The notes under the pieces were generated by a model. That model saw only the letters and a list, made by a program, of their open reading frames with translations. It had not been told where the DNA came from and did not search any database. Positions 1-8,272 of a stretch of DNA of 64,000 bases are shown one piece after another (the stretch's first letter is position 1; each line of letters opens with the position of its first letter). Source of the DNA: Candidatus Multivorans sp. (lineage in GTDB: Bacteria; Acidobacteriota; Thermoanaerobaculia; Multivoradales; Multivoraceae); contig OZ245033.1 of NCBI GenBank assembly GCA_965224025.1, forward strand, positions 1,568,001-1,632,000, read 5' to 3'. The position numbers and the translations under genes are program-made.

Positions 1-14
1 AATAGTGCCCAAGC
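1..14 (+). repeat. Left terminal inverted repeat, truncated by the window start
   Basis: 14/14 inverted match to 4956-4969. Confidence 0.75.
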
Positions 15-15
15 G

Positions 16-453
16 TCACGGGATACCGGCGGCGTGGAAGAAGAACCGTTCGAGGTTCTCGCGCACGAAGACATCGAGAGCGATTCGTGTGCCTGCCGAT
101 CCGGGCTTGTGGAGGTGACAACGCATCTCTACCGCGCTCCATCGAGGCGTGACGATCACATCTGACTGCTCCGCCATCAAGAACCGCAGTTGTAGGCCGG
201 TCGACTGGAACGATACGGCAGCAACCGACTCTCCGTCTCGTTTTTGCGCGACTCGCAACGTGAGTTCTTCTTTGACGACCTCGTACCGATACTTCTCGCC
301 CCGGCACTCCAAGAGCTTGTTCATGTCCGCGGTATCGCGCTCGACAAGCTGCCGAACCTCGTTCTCCAAGAGAGAATCCGAGTTGCAAGCCGCACGTCGA
401 AAGACCCATCGCGGAGCTTCTGTGGCGTTATCTCGTTGGGGTTCTTCGCTCAT
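16..453 (-). CDS. Hypothetical protein (IS passenger)
   Basis: ORF with GC3-rich codons; ATG at 453 overlaps the stop of the upstream ORF (ATGA). Confidence 0.65.
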   Translation of the reverse strand: MSEEPQRDNATEAPRWVFRRAACNSDSLLENEVRQLVERDTADMNKLLECRGEKYRYEVVKEELTLRVAQKRDGESVAAVSFQSTGLQLRFLMAEQSDVIVTPRWSAVEMRCHLHKPGSAGTRIALDVFVRENLERFFFHAAGIP

Positions 454-764
454 TGGCACTGCGGCGGCAGTAGTTCTTCGATCTTCCGTTCGATGTCGGC
501 GGCGGCATGGAGGTTCTTCGTGTACTGCTCTATGGCGCGGAGTGCTTCGGCGTAGTCCACGTAGCGCGCATCTCGCATCTCGACCGGATAGCCGCCAGTC
601 ATTCGGACGTTCTGATCCGCGTCTCCGATGGCGCTCAGCATTGACGCGGCGGCTTGTGTCAGAGACCGAGCGATCCCCTTCGCCTTGGTGCGGTAGCAGG
701 CTGCTGAATTCTCGGCTTGCCGCCGCTTCAGCATGAGGTCGCCGAGGCGTTCACTGTCCGACAT
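450..764 (-). CDS. Hypothetical helical protein (IS passenger)
   Basis: ATG at 764 lies 7 nt after an extended -10 (TGGTAAGAT, 780-772); coupled to 16-453. Confidence 0.6.
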   Translation of the reverse strand: MSDSERLGDLMLKRRQAENSAACYRTKAKGIARSLTQAAASMLSAIGDADQNVRMTGGYPVEMRDARYVDYAEALRAIEQYTKNLHAAADIERKIEELLPPQCQ

Positions 765-771
765 GGAGGCC

Positions 772-810
772 ATCTTACCACTTGACAGGACGGGCACTAT
801 CCTGTAATCT
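772..810. promoter_or_regulatory. Divergent overlapping promoters with an operator-like inverted repeat
   Basis: + strand TTGACA(782-787)-17 nt-TAATCT(805-810), 7 nt before the transposase ATG. - strand TGnTAAGAT. ACAGGA/TCCTGT inverted repeat encloses GGGCACTAT, the same core as the terminal repeats. Confidence 0.6.
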
Positions 811-817
811 TCTGGGC

Positions 818-1807
818 ATGACGACGACACTGCAAGACGCACCCGGTAAGCACTACCGGAAGGGCATGAGCCTGATCGACGCGATCCGCCTGTTCCCCGA
901 CGATGCGGCGGCGGAAGCGTGGTTCACGTGCATCCGCTGGCCCGAAGGTCCATCGTGCCCGCACTGCGGCTCCGAGAACGTCCAAAGTGGCGCGAAGCAC
1001 AAGACGATGCCGTACCGCTGCCGGACGTGCCGCAAGCGCTTCAGCCTCAAGACTGGCACCGTCATGGAGGCGAGCAACCTCGGCTACCAAGTGTGGGCGA
1101 TGGCGCTGTACCTGCTCCTGACGGGTCTCAAGGGCGTATCGAGCATGAAGCTGCACCGTGACTTGGACGTGACGCAGAAGACCGCGTGGCACCTCGCTCA
1201 CCGTCTCCGCAAGGCGTTTGAGGCCGAAGGGCCGCGAGTCGTCTTCGAGGGGCCGGTAGAGGTCGATGAGACGTACATCGGCGGTCTGCGGAAGAACATG
1301 CACGCGAAGAAGCGGAAGACCCTTGAAGGCCGCGGCACCGTGGGCAAGACCGCCGTGGTCGGCATCAAGGATCGGGAGACCAAGAAGGTCGCGGCGCGGG
1401 TCGTCCGCTCGACTGACGGCGGGACGCTTCAAGGTTTCGTGCGCGAGCACGTCGAACCCGGCGCGACGGTGTACAGCGACGATACCGGGGCGTACAGCGG
1501 TCTGACCGAGTACGAGCGCGGCACCGTCCGGCACTCGGTCGGCGAGTACGTGGACGGCAAGATCCACACGAACAGCATCGAGTCGCTTTGGTCGATGCTC
1601 AAGCGCGCCCACAAGGGCGTCTACCACAAGCTCTCGCCGAAGCACCTACAGCGCTATGTCGATGAATTCGCGGGGCGGCAGAACATTCGGGAGTTCGACA
1701 CCATCGACCAAATGACGGTCGTATCAGCGTGGCTGGTCGGCAAGCGACTCCGCTACCGCGAGTTGATCGCCGACAACGGTCTGCCGTCCGGCGCACGTTC
1801 GGCATGA
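818..1807 (+). CDS. IS1595-family DDE transposase
   Basis: Zn ribbon CPHCG..CRTC, HTH region, VEVDETYIGG, VYSDD, HTNSIESLWSMLKR motifs. Confidence 0.95.
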   Translation: MTTTLQDAPGKHYRKGMSLIDAIRLFPDDAAAEAWFTCIRWPEGPSCPHCGSENVQSGAKHKTMPYRCRTCRKRFSLKTGTVMEASNLGYQVWAMALYLLLTGLKGVSSMKLHRDLDVTQKTAWHLAHRLRKAFEAEGPRVVFEGPVEVDETYIGGLRKNMHAKKRKTLEGRGTVGKTAVVGIKDRETKKVAARVVRSTDGGTLQGFVREHVEPGATVYSDDTGAYSGLTEYERGTVRHSVGEYVDGKIHTNSIESLWSMLKRAHKGVYHKLSPKHLQRYVDEFAGRQNIREFDTIDQMTVVSAWLVGKRLRYRELIADNGLPSGARSA

Positions 1808-1816
1808 CGGCGGACG

Positions 1817-1848
1817 GCCAGCGCGCCAGCGCGCCAGCGCGCCAGCGC
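1817..1848 (+). repeat. Tandem octamer (GCCAGCGC)x4
   Basis: Four perfect copies between the transposase stop and the methyltransferase body. Confidence 0.95.
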
Positions 1849-1853
1849 CGGAA

Positions 1854-3206
1854 TTGTCCACTGCAACTTCCGAGCCCAACTGGAAGAACCGGACTTTGTT
1901 CCACCGGGACAACCTAGAGGTCTTGCGCGGCATGAACAGTGAGACGGTGGACCTGATCGCCACAGACCCGCCGTTCAACAAAGGGCGGGACTTCCACGCG
2001 ACGCCCGACAGCCTCGCGGCAGGCGCGTCCTTCAAGGACCGCTGGACGTGGGAGAACGACGTCCAACAAGAGTGGGTGGACAAGATCGCCGATGACTGGC
2101 CTGCGATCAAGGAACTGGTCGAGTCAGCCGGGGCGTGCTACGGCGAGGACATGGCGGCATTCCTGGTCTGGATGGGGATTCGGTTACTCGAAATGCGGCG
2201 GGTACTCAAGCCGACCGGGGCGATCTACTTGCACTGCGACCACACGGCGGGCGCGTATCTCAAGATGCTCATGGACGCGATCTTCGGGCGCAGGCAACTC
2301 AAGAACGAGATCGTGTGGCACTTCCGCACATCGTCAGGAGCACCCAAGAAGCACTTCATCAAGAACACGAACACGATCTTCTTCTACGTGAAGTCTAGGA
2401 ACTCCGTGTTCAATCTCCAGAGAGAACCGTGGCCGGAGTCCACACTGAAGAAGTGGCAGCGCGACTCCAAGGGGAGGGTCTACCGAACCAACAACGGCAA
2501 GCGGTACTACATCGACCCTAAGGGCAAGCGGATGGACAACGTGTGGGAGATCACGCTGTCTTCACGATCTCGGGAGCGTGTCGGGTACCCGACGCAGAAA
2601 CCGATAGCGCTCTACGAGCGCATCGTCCAGGCATCGTCCAACGAAGGCGACATCGTTCTTGACCCATTCTGCGGTTGCGCGACTACATGCGTGGTGGCGG
2701 AGAAACTCGGCCGACAGTGGGTTGGGATCGACATTTGGGACAAGGCGCACGAGACGGTTCTGGACCGCCTACGGAAAGAAGAACTGTCGGTAGGGGGTGA
2801 CCAGGGCGACCGGCTCTTCACCGTTGGTGACGTGGCCTACCGGAGAGACGTTCCGGTGCGAACTGACGATGCCCAGGTCGCCGCTCCCAAGATGCGTCGC
2901 CGTAAGTACTTCTTCGAGGACCCGCCAGACGGTTACACGAACCGCGAGCGGAAGCAGTTGCTCGTCGAGACCAACGCCCGCGACGGACTCGTGTACTGTG
3001 ATGGCTGTGACCGCGGATTCGACTCGCCCGAGTACCTGCAACTCGACCACAACACGCCGCGATCAAGTGGCGGCAGCAACAACATCTCGAACCGTCGCCT
3101 GCTCTGCGGCCCGTGCAATCGCCGCAAGTCGAACACACTGACGCTCATCGGACTGCGGAGGAAGAACAAGAAGGACGGATTCATGGCGAATCAGACCGTA
3201 ACCTGA
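1854..3206 (+). CDS. Beta-class N6A/N4C DNA methyltransferase fused to a C-terminal HNH endonuclease; true start possibly ATG 1804
   Basis: Motif IV DPPF near the N-terminus, GYPTQKP and motif I VLDPFCG later; C-terminal CDGC..DHNTPRSSGGSN..N..LLCGPCNRRK. Confidence 0.9.
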   Translation: MSTATSEPNWKNRTLFHRDNLEVLRGMNSETVDLIATDPPFNKGRDFHATPDSLAAGASFKDRWTWENDVQQEWVDKIADDWPAIKELVESAGACYGEDMAAFLVWMGIRLLEMRRVLKPTGAIYLHCDHTAGAYLKMLMDAIFGRRQLKNEIVWHFRTSSGAPKKHFIKNTNTIFFYVKSRNSVFNLQREPWPESTLKKWQRDSKGRVYRTNNGKRYYIDPKGKRMDNVWEITLSSRSRERVGYPTQKPIALYERIVQASSNEGDIVLDPFCGCATTCVVAEKLGRQWVGIDIWDKAHETVLDRLRKEELSVGGDQGDRLFTVGDVAYRRDVPVRTDDAQVAAPKMRRRKYFFEDPPDGYTNRERKQLLVETNARDGLVYCDGCDRGFDSPEYLQLDHNTPRSSGGSNNISNRRLLCGPCNRRKSNTLTLIGLRRKNKKDGFMANQTVT

Positions 3207-3220
3207 TAAGGATGGAGTCC

Positions 3221-4537
3221 TCAATCGCAATGCTCGGCGACCAGATCGTCCCACGCGGCGCACTTGCTCCGGTCATCGTCCGAGCAGTGCCCAAGGCCCT
3301 TCGGGCAGAGGTTCGCTTGGGCGCGGTACAGATCGCACTGAGCCTCCGTAGGCTTGTTGGCCTCGTGAATCGTCTGAAGGCCCTCGACGGAGACAGCGAT
3401 GCTCGCCGCCGCGCTCTTGCAACTGGCGTCTTGAAGGTCTTGCAGGTCGCTCGTTGCGCCCCTTACGGCGGCGCAATCAGTACCGGCCAAGAACGACCCG
3501 ACATCGACCCGATCAGCTTCCAACGTGCCTTTGAGGTTCGGGACGAGTGGCCGCCCGTTCTCGCGCTTCTGATGGATCTCCGCTGCGGTCGCGTCCAGTA
3601 CGTGCAGCCTCGAAGACCCGTCGGGGTGCGTGAGACTCGCGGCCCACGCGGCACCGGGATTCCTAGCGATCATCTTCTCCCAGAACGCCGAGACGCACCC
3701 CACGTCGTAGCCCGCCCGCGCGGCCAAGTAGACCCCCGCATAGTCGGCCTCGACCTCGAACTTCGGCGCGTGGTAGAGCGCCCCGAGGGCGCTGTAGTCC
3801 TGGTAGACGCCAGTCGCGACCGTCACGACGGCTCCCAGCAGAGCGCCGAGGATCTGGTTCTGCTTCACGGCCGCGAGATGCCCGTAGGCATTGTGCGCGA
3901 GTTCGTGGCCGAGCAGGTACGCGAGTTCGTCGTCGGTCTTGATGAAGTCCATCGCGGCGGTCGTGACCGCCACCGACTTCCCGTCCGCGAATGCGTTCAC
4001 GGTCGCGTGTTCGAGCAGGCCAGCCGGGTAGTTGCAGTGCCGAGTGCTCGCCATGTAGAGCGTGGCTTCGCCTCCGTCTCGAAGAACGGTCAGCCTGTAG
4101 TGAAGCGACTGCGGGCTACGCTTCATCCGTCGCTCGGCTCGTCGTCCAGTGCCGAGATCCTTCCCGTCGCGGGCCACGATCCGGTCGCCCGCTCGCAGGC
4201 CCGCCTTTTCGGCCGGGGATCCTGCAGCTACGTGGGTCACGGTCACGTACTCGCTCGGGCCGTACTTCGCCGTCCATGCACTGCGATAGGGCTGCGCGGC
4301 TGTCGCGAGGTCGGCGAACCAGAAACCCGACATCAACCGCGTCTTCGTGCATCGGCCCGAGTTGGCGCTTGTGAGTCGGAACCAGACGCTCTGGAGCCTC
4401 TCGAACTGCTCCATGTGCTTCTTCGCCGCTTCCGCGACCGTGGCGTTGTAGGCGGTCGGGTTGACGGTTGGTGCCGACGTGGTGGTCGATACGCAGCCGA
4501 GCGCGGTCAACGCCAGTGCGGCGGCGAGTCTCTTCAT
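3221..4537 (-). CDS. M48-family zinc metalloprotease lipoprotein with PDZ domain and Cys-rich tail
   Basis: GGAGGAGG RBS, lipobox ALGC, GSPAEKAGLRAGDRI (PDZ), VNAFA, HELAH, EVEAD, THP. Confidence 0.88.
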   Translation of the reverse strand: MKRLAAALALTALGCVSTTTSAPTVNPTAYNATVAEAAKKHMEQFERLQSVWFRLTSANSGRCTKTRLMSGFWFADLATAAQPYRSAWTAKYGPSEYVTVTHVAAGSPAEKAGLRAGDRIVARDGKDLGTGRRAERRMKRSPQSLHYRLTVLRDGGEATLYMASTRHCNYPAGLLEHATVNAFADGKSVAVTTAAMDFIKTDDELAYLLGHELAHNAYGHLAAVKQNQILGALLGAVVTVATGVYQDYSALGALYHAPKFEVEADYAGVYLAARAGYDVGCVSAFWEKMIARNPGAAWAASLTHPDGSSRLHVLDATAAEIHQKRENGRPLVPNLKGTLEADRVDVGSFLAGTDCAAVRGATSDLQDLQDASCKSAAASIAVSVEGLQTIHEANKPTEAQCDLYRAQANLCPKGLGHCSDDDRSKCAAWDDLVAEHCD

Positions 4538-4763
4538 GGGGGCCTCCTCCAGTTGAGGCACCAGCCCCTGGATTGGCGCCGGGCCGTTGCAACCGCCATG
4601 CAGCGAGCACGGACAAGGCTCCCGCCTATTCGCCCGGCTTCGGGAGCTACCCGCAGCCTCAGAACAGGCTGTTGTATTCAGCGGATAACCCGACTCAGGT
4701 CCCGCTGCTGACGATTGCAAGCCGCTACTGTAGCAGCACCAGTTCTAGGAGAACGGAGGCAAC

Positions 4764-4952
4764 GTGAGCAAGAAGAAGCGGAAGATCGAACTGGTCAAGG
4801 CGGACTACCAGCCGTCACGGGCCGAACAGCGCGACGAAGTAGCGCCGCCAGCGGACTTGATGGAGTTGCCGCTGATGGAACGGCTTGCCGAAGGTGCGCG
4901 GCGACTGCTTCAGCCCGTTGAGATCACCTACACCAAGCGCCCGCGCCGGTGA
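4764..4952 (+). CDS. Small hypothetical protein ending just inside the right IS end
   Basis: GGAGG RBS before GTG, 62 aa, GC3-rich codons. Confidence 0.65.
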   Translation: MSKKKRKIELVKADYQPSRAEQRDEVAPPADLMELPLMERLAEGARRLLQPVEITYTKRPRR

Positions 4953-6621
4953 GCGGCTTGGGCACTATTCGACATAATCCCCCTCGTTTACCTGTTTGGG
5001 CGTCCTCGTTTACTGGTCCCCTTACGGCGACTGCTCGCAGTCGAACGTCTGCCTGGGGGCTAGCAGTGCCGTCCCGAGAGCGCGAGAAGTCGTAGTAGAG
5101 GCCGGTGCGGTCAGGCTGGATGACGAAGGCGTACTCGAAGTTGCCGTCGTCGTCGAGACCGAAGTCCCACCTGAGTTCGAGTCCGTTGACTTGGAACCGA
5201 GCTGAGCGGGTCAGTCCAGAGACAGCCACTTCACCGCTGTCCCCCTGGCGTGTCAGGGCAACCAGGGTCGTGTCCGGTTCCCATGACTTGAAGCAACGCC
5301 AAGTCTCGCCCCGGTTCTCAGGTGGACTCTGCGGCGTGTTCGGGGGCTCGGTCTGCCCGAGGATCTCCAGTGCCTTGGGATGACCTTGGTCTGCGGCTAA
5401 GCGAAACCACTCCGCGGCCTCGGACTCATTCTGGGGCACGCCATTCCCTGTGGCGTACAGAACACCAAGCATGAGCTGTGCATCGGCATGCCCCTGCTCT
5501 GCCGCAAGACCAAACCACCGAGCGGTTTCCGCGTTGTTCTTCGGCACACCTCGTCCGCCACCGTACATCAACCCGAGGTTGTACTGGGCCTGTGCGAACC
5601 TCTGCTCGGCTGCCAATCGAAACAGTCGCGAGGCTTCGGCGTCGTCCTGGGGAACGCCATACCCACGCTCGTACATGTGTCCGAGATTGACTTGTGCTCC
5701 ACCGTGGCCCTTCTCTGCAGCCGGGCGGAACCACCGGAGGGCCTGGATGTCGTCGGTTCCCATGTAGAGGGACCCGAGTTCGGCCATCGCTCCAGTGTGC
5801 CCCTGATTGGCCGCTCGGAGTAGCCAGGACAGAGCCAGGCCCTTGCTCTCGTCGTCACCTACATCACCATGCCTTTCGGCGTATGCGATTGCGAGGTCGT
5901 ACTGCGCCTCCGCATCGCCGCCTTCCGCAGCGCCTAGAAGTCGATTGAACTTAGCGTCGCCTTGTGTTTCGGACCCGCCTCCTCCATCCTCCAGCGTCGA
6001 ATCCAGCTCGGCCAGTTCATCGAGCGTGTCCCCGAACATCTCAAGCGTCTGGCCGTGGCCCTGTTGGGCTGCACGATGGAGCCACCTCACGGCTTCGGTG
6101 CCGTCTTCAGGCACACCATCTCCCTCGATGTACAGCATGCCGAGCTTGAACTGTGCGTCCGCGTGGCCTTGTTCAGCCGCCATGCGGAGCCAACGTGCAG
6201 CTTCAACGGGGTCCTTCGGCACACCCCGGCCCTCGTGGTGGTAGAGCCAGAGCAAGAACTGCGCATCGGCCCAGCCTTGGTCGGCAGCGCGGGTGTACCA
6301 ACGTGCCGCTTCGGCGTAGTCCTGAGACACATCTCCCGCCCCAACGCTGTAGATCCCGCCGACCTCCATCTGTGCCTCGGCGTCCCCCTGGTCGGCAGCA
6401 CGGCGAATCCACTTCACAGCTTCGGCGGGATCGGCCTCCATGTATGTAGCCCCGAGTCGAAACGCGGAAGCGGCGTGACCTCTTTCTGCCAGATCCCGTA
6501 GTTGTGCGGCGTCAGACGGATCCAGCCCTCCCGTCGTGTTTGTCTGGGGGTGAGCAGCCGTGGCGAACGCAAGACACCCGGCGAACGCGGGGACAACGAG
6601 TGCGGACTTCCTGTAGATCAC
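4924..6621 (-). CDS. Secreted Sel1-repeat (SLR) protein; natural end probably 5022, with a 1-nt indel in G5 at 5055-5059
   Basis: Signal peptide and many AQxxLGxMYxxGxGVPxDxxEAxRWxxxAAEQG repeats. Confidence 0.9.
   Translation of the reverse strand: MIYRKSALVVPAFAGCLAFATAAHPQTNTTGGLDPSDAAQLRDLAERGHAASAFRLGATYMEADPAEAVKWIRRAADQGDAEAQMEVGGIYSVGAGDVSQDYAEAARWYTRAADQGWADAQFLLWLYHHEGRGVPKDPVEAARWLRMAAEQGHADAQFKLGMLYIEGDGVPEDGTEAVRWLHRAAQQGHGQTLEMFGDTLDELAELDSTLEDGGGGSETQGDAKFNRLLGAAEGGDAEAQYDLAIAYAERHGDVGDDESKGLALSWLLRAANQGHTGAMAELGSLYMGTDDIQALRWFRPAAEKGHGGAQVNLGHMYERGYGVPQDDAEASRLFRLAAEQRFAQAQYNLGLMYGGGRGVPKNNAETARWFGLAAEQGHADAQLMLGVLYATGNGVPQNESEAAEWFRLAADQGHPKALEILGQTEPPNTPQSPPENRGETWRCFKSWEPDTTLVALTRQGDSGEVAVSGLTRSARFQVNGLELRWDFGLDDDGNFEYAFVIQPDRTGLYYDFSRSRDGTASPQADVRLRAVAVRGPVNEDAQTGKRGGLCRIVPKPLTGAGAWCR
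4956..4982 (-). repeat. Right terminal inverted repeat of the IS1595 element
   Basis: GCTTGGGCACTATTCGACATAATCCCC; inverted match to the window start. Confidence 0.8.
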
Positions 6622-6633
6622 TTCGCGGAGACA

Positions 6634-6900
6634 CTAACGCACGGCTACGGATGGAGTCACTATCTTCATCCTCCGGCCATCGCCCCGGCCGCGTTTCACG
6701 CGGGGACCGTCAAGAAGCAGGGTGAGCGCCCGCTCCATGTCGTCGCCGGCGACCGGCCAGACGACCCCGGGGCCTTCGTCCAAGGTTTGAGCGCCCAGCC
6801 GGGCTTGGTGGTCGGCGAAGAACGCGAGAAAGCTGCGGCCCCCGTAGATGAGTAGGTCTGCCGCCGCCAGCGTCCGGAGTCCGGACGCGAACGGTCGCAA
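6634..6900 (-). CDS. Possible hypothetical protein or gene remnant
   Basis: GC3-rich codons on this strand, no clear start or RBS. Confidence 0.3.
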   Translation of the reverse strand: MRPFASGLRTLAAADLLIYGGRSFLAFFADHQARLGAQTLDEGPGVVWPVAGDDMERALTLLLDGPRVKRGRGDGRRMKIVTPSVAVR

Positions 6901-7078
6901 TGCGAAGCAGGTGCGGTATGCCGGAGAGGACGAGATGGGCGGAGCTAGGCCCCCAAGCCCGTCGCGTAGGAGTAAAGTCGTATGCAGATGGGACGATCAG
7001 CCACAAGATGTAGTGCCCCTCCGAGCTGAGATGGATGCTACCTAGGGCTGGCGGCAAGCGCTTTCGGCTGGCACACTA

Positions 7079-7780
7079 TTGGGTGTGGAAAACGCGGCAA
7101 GCAGCGTGCCGTGGCCGCTCTGGATCACGATCGGACTCGCGGCTGCGGGAGCAGTGTGGGGCGTTGCGGTCTGGGTTACTAAGGTGAACGAGGCCCGGAA
7201 GGGATGGCGCGACGTCGCGACGGAGATCCGGAGGGACATCAAGCAGATCTTCTTGCGGCTCCCGCCACCGCAGACGACCGGAAGCGGAAGCCCGGTGCAG
7301 CTCACCGAGTTCGGCGAGAAAGTGGCGGCGAAGCTCGAAGCGTTGGCGTGGGCAACCGAGCGAGCTCCGCACCTGTGGCAGAAGGTCGAGAGCCTCAAGC
7401 CCTTTGAGGTGGACGAGTACTGCGAGGGCTACGTCCAGAACAACCTCGACACGGCGATGAAAGAGCGGGTCGCTCAGAGCGCCTATGAGTTCGGGATCAA
7501 CCGGGAACAGGTCCTGAACGTGCTCAGAGTCGTCCTGCGCGAGGCGCTGTTCAACCTATGCCCAATCTGTGGACTGGGAGAACGGTACGCCAAGACCGGC
7601 GACCGGGAGGACTACATGTGTCCTCAGCACGGAAGGTTCCGGATCAGCGGCAGCGTGCTCGCTTCGTCGCTCTGGCAGGGCTCGACCCGAGAGGAAAAGG
7701 AGAAGATCCTGAAGGACGCGAACCCCGACAAAGACGGGATTCTGCACGTCATGTCTCACAACCTGCCGAACGCCGAGTGA
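7079..7780 (+). CDS. Hypothetical membrane-anchored protein with C-terminal Zn-ribbon-like motif
   Basis: N-terminal TM helix, SPVQLTEFG motif, CPIC..CPQHG. Confidence 0.75.
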   Translation: MGVENAASSVPWPLWITIGLAAAGAVWGVAVWVTKVNEARKGWRDVATEIRRDIKQIFLRLPPPQTTGSGSPVQLTEFGEKVAAKLEALAWATERAPHLWQKVESLKPFEVDEYCEGYVQNNLDTAMKERVAQSAYEFGINREQVLNVLRVVLREALFNLCPICGLGERYAKTGDREDYMCPQHGRFRISGSVLASSLWQGSTREEKEKILKDANPDKDGILHVMSHNLPNAE

Positions 7781-7906
7781 CAAACGCACGCCTCGTTCCC
7801 GAACCGACTCGGTCGCCTCAGACCAGTGAGGCCCTGCCGATTTCAAACTGACGCAGTACCTCGGGGGCCAGCCGCAACCAGCCGGTCCCTGTCCTTCCGT
7901 TGCAAG

Positions 7907-8156
7907 CTGGCTCAACTCTCCGTCCGCTCAGCCGCGGACCCCGGAAGAGAGGGGAAACGCTGGCTGCCGCTGAACATGCCGTGCGCACGGCCACGACCAT
8001 CGGTGACCCGCGGCCCTGCGCTCCCTGGGGAGGCCTTCAACACTTTGCCGTCGACTCGTGATCGACCTCCGCCGACGCGCCGAACGCGCGGCTGCCGGCG
8101 TGCCCATCGACAGCTACTCGACCGATAACGCTCCCGGTCTGTCACCCCAGTCCTGA
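7907..8156 (+). pseudogene. Frameshifted C-terminal remnant, paralogous to 8273-8798
   Basis: 7907-8028 matches 8533-8654 at 111/122 nt (hand count); similarity continues at the protein level. Confidence 0.6.
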
Positions 8157-8272
8157 CCGCCTGACGGGGCCGTACCAGGATCCGCGCCAGAACCGGAAAA
8201 GGTCAGCACCCCCCTCGTTTACTTTTTTCGGCCGGCCATTGTTACCTGTCCGCTTTCGAGGACACTCGGAGA

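Larger units (their letters stand above)
1..4982 (+). mobile_element. IS1595-family (ISNwi1-like) transposon with passenger genes
   Basis: Bases 1-14 AATAGTGCCCAAGC are the exact reverse complement of 4956-4969. The right end reads GGGGATTATGTCGAATAGTGCCC on the - strand, matching the ggnnatTAT terminus of the ISNwi1 group. It encloses an IS1595 transposase. Confidence 0.8.

Noticed and set aside
3113-4711. Long antisense or overlapping ORFs (also 12673-14412, 15385-18363, 19758-21782, 28938-31382, 33639-35783, 49332-51392, 54661-56571)
   Set aside because: Shadow frames of well-supported genes in high-GC DNA; no motifs of their own.
7011-7018. TAGTGCCC as an extra IS1595 end
   Set aside because: Only 8 nt match; flanks do not resemble the terminal repeat.
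4979-8222. CCCCCTCGTTTAC at 4979-4991 and 8210-8222 (CCTCGTTTAC also at 5004)
   Set aside because: Too short, and no enclosed mobility gene; cannot be distinguished from chance.
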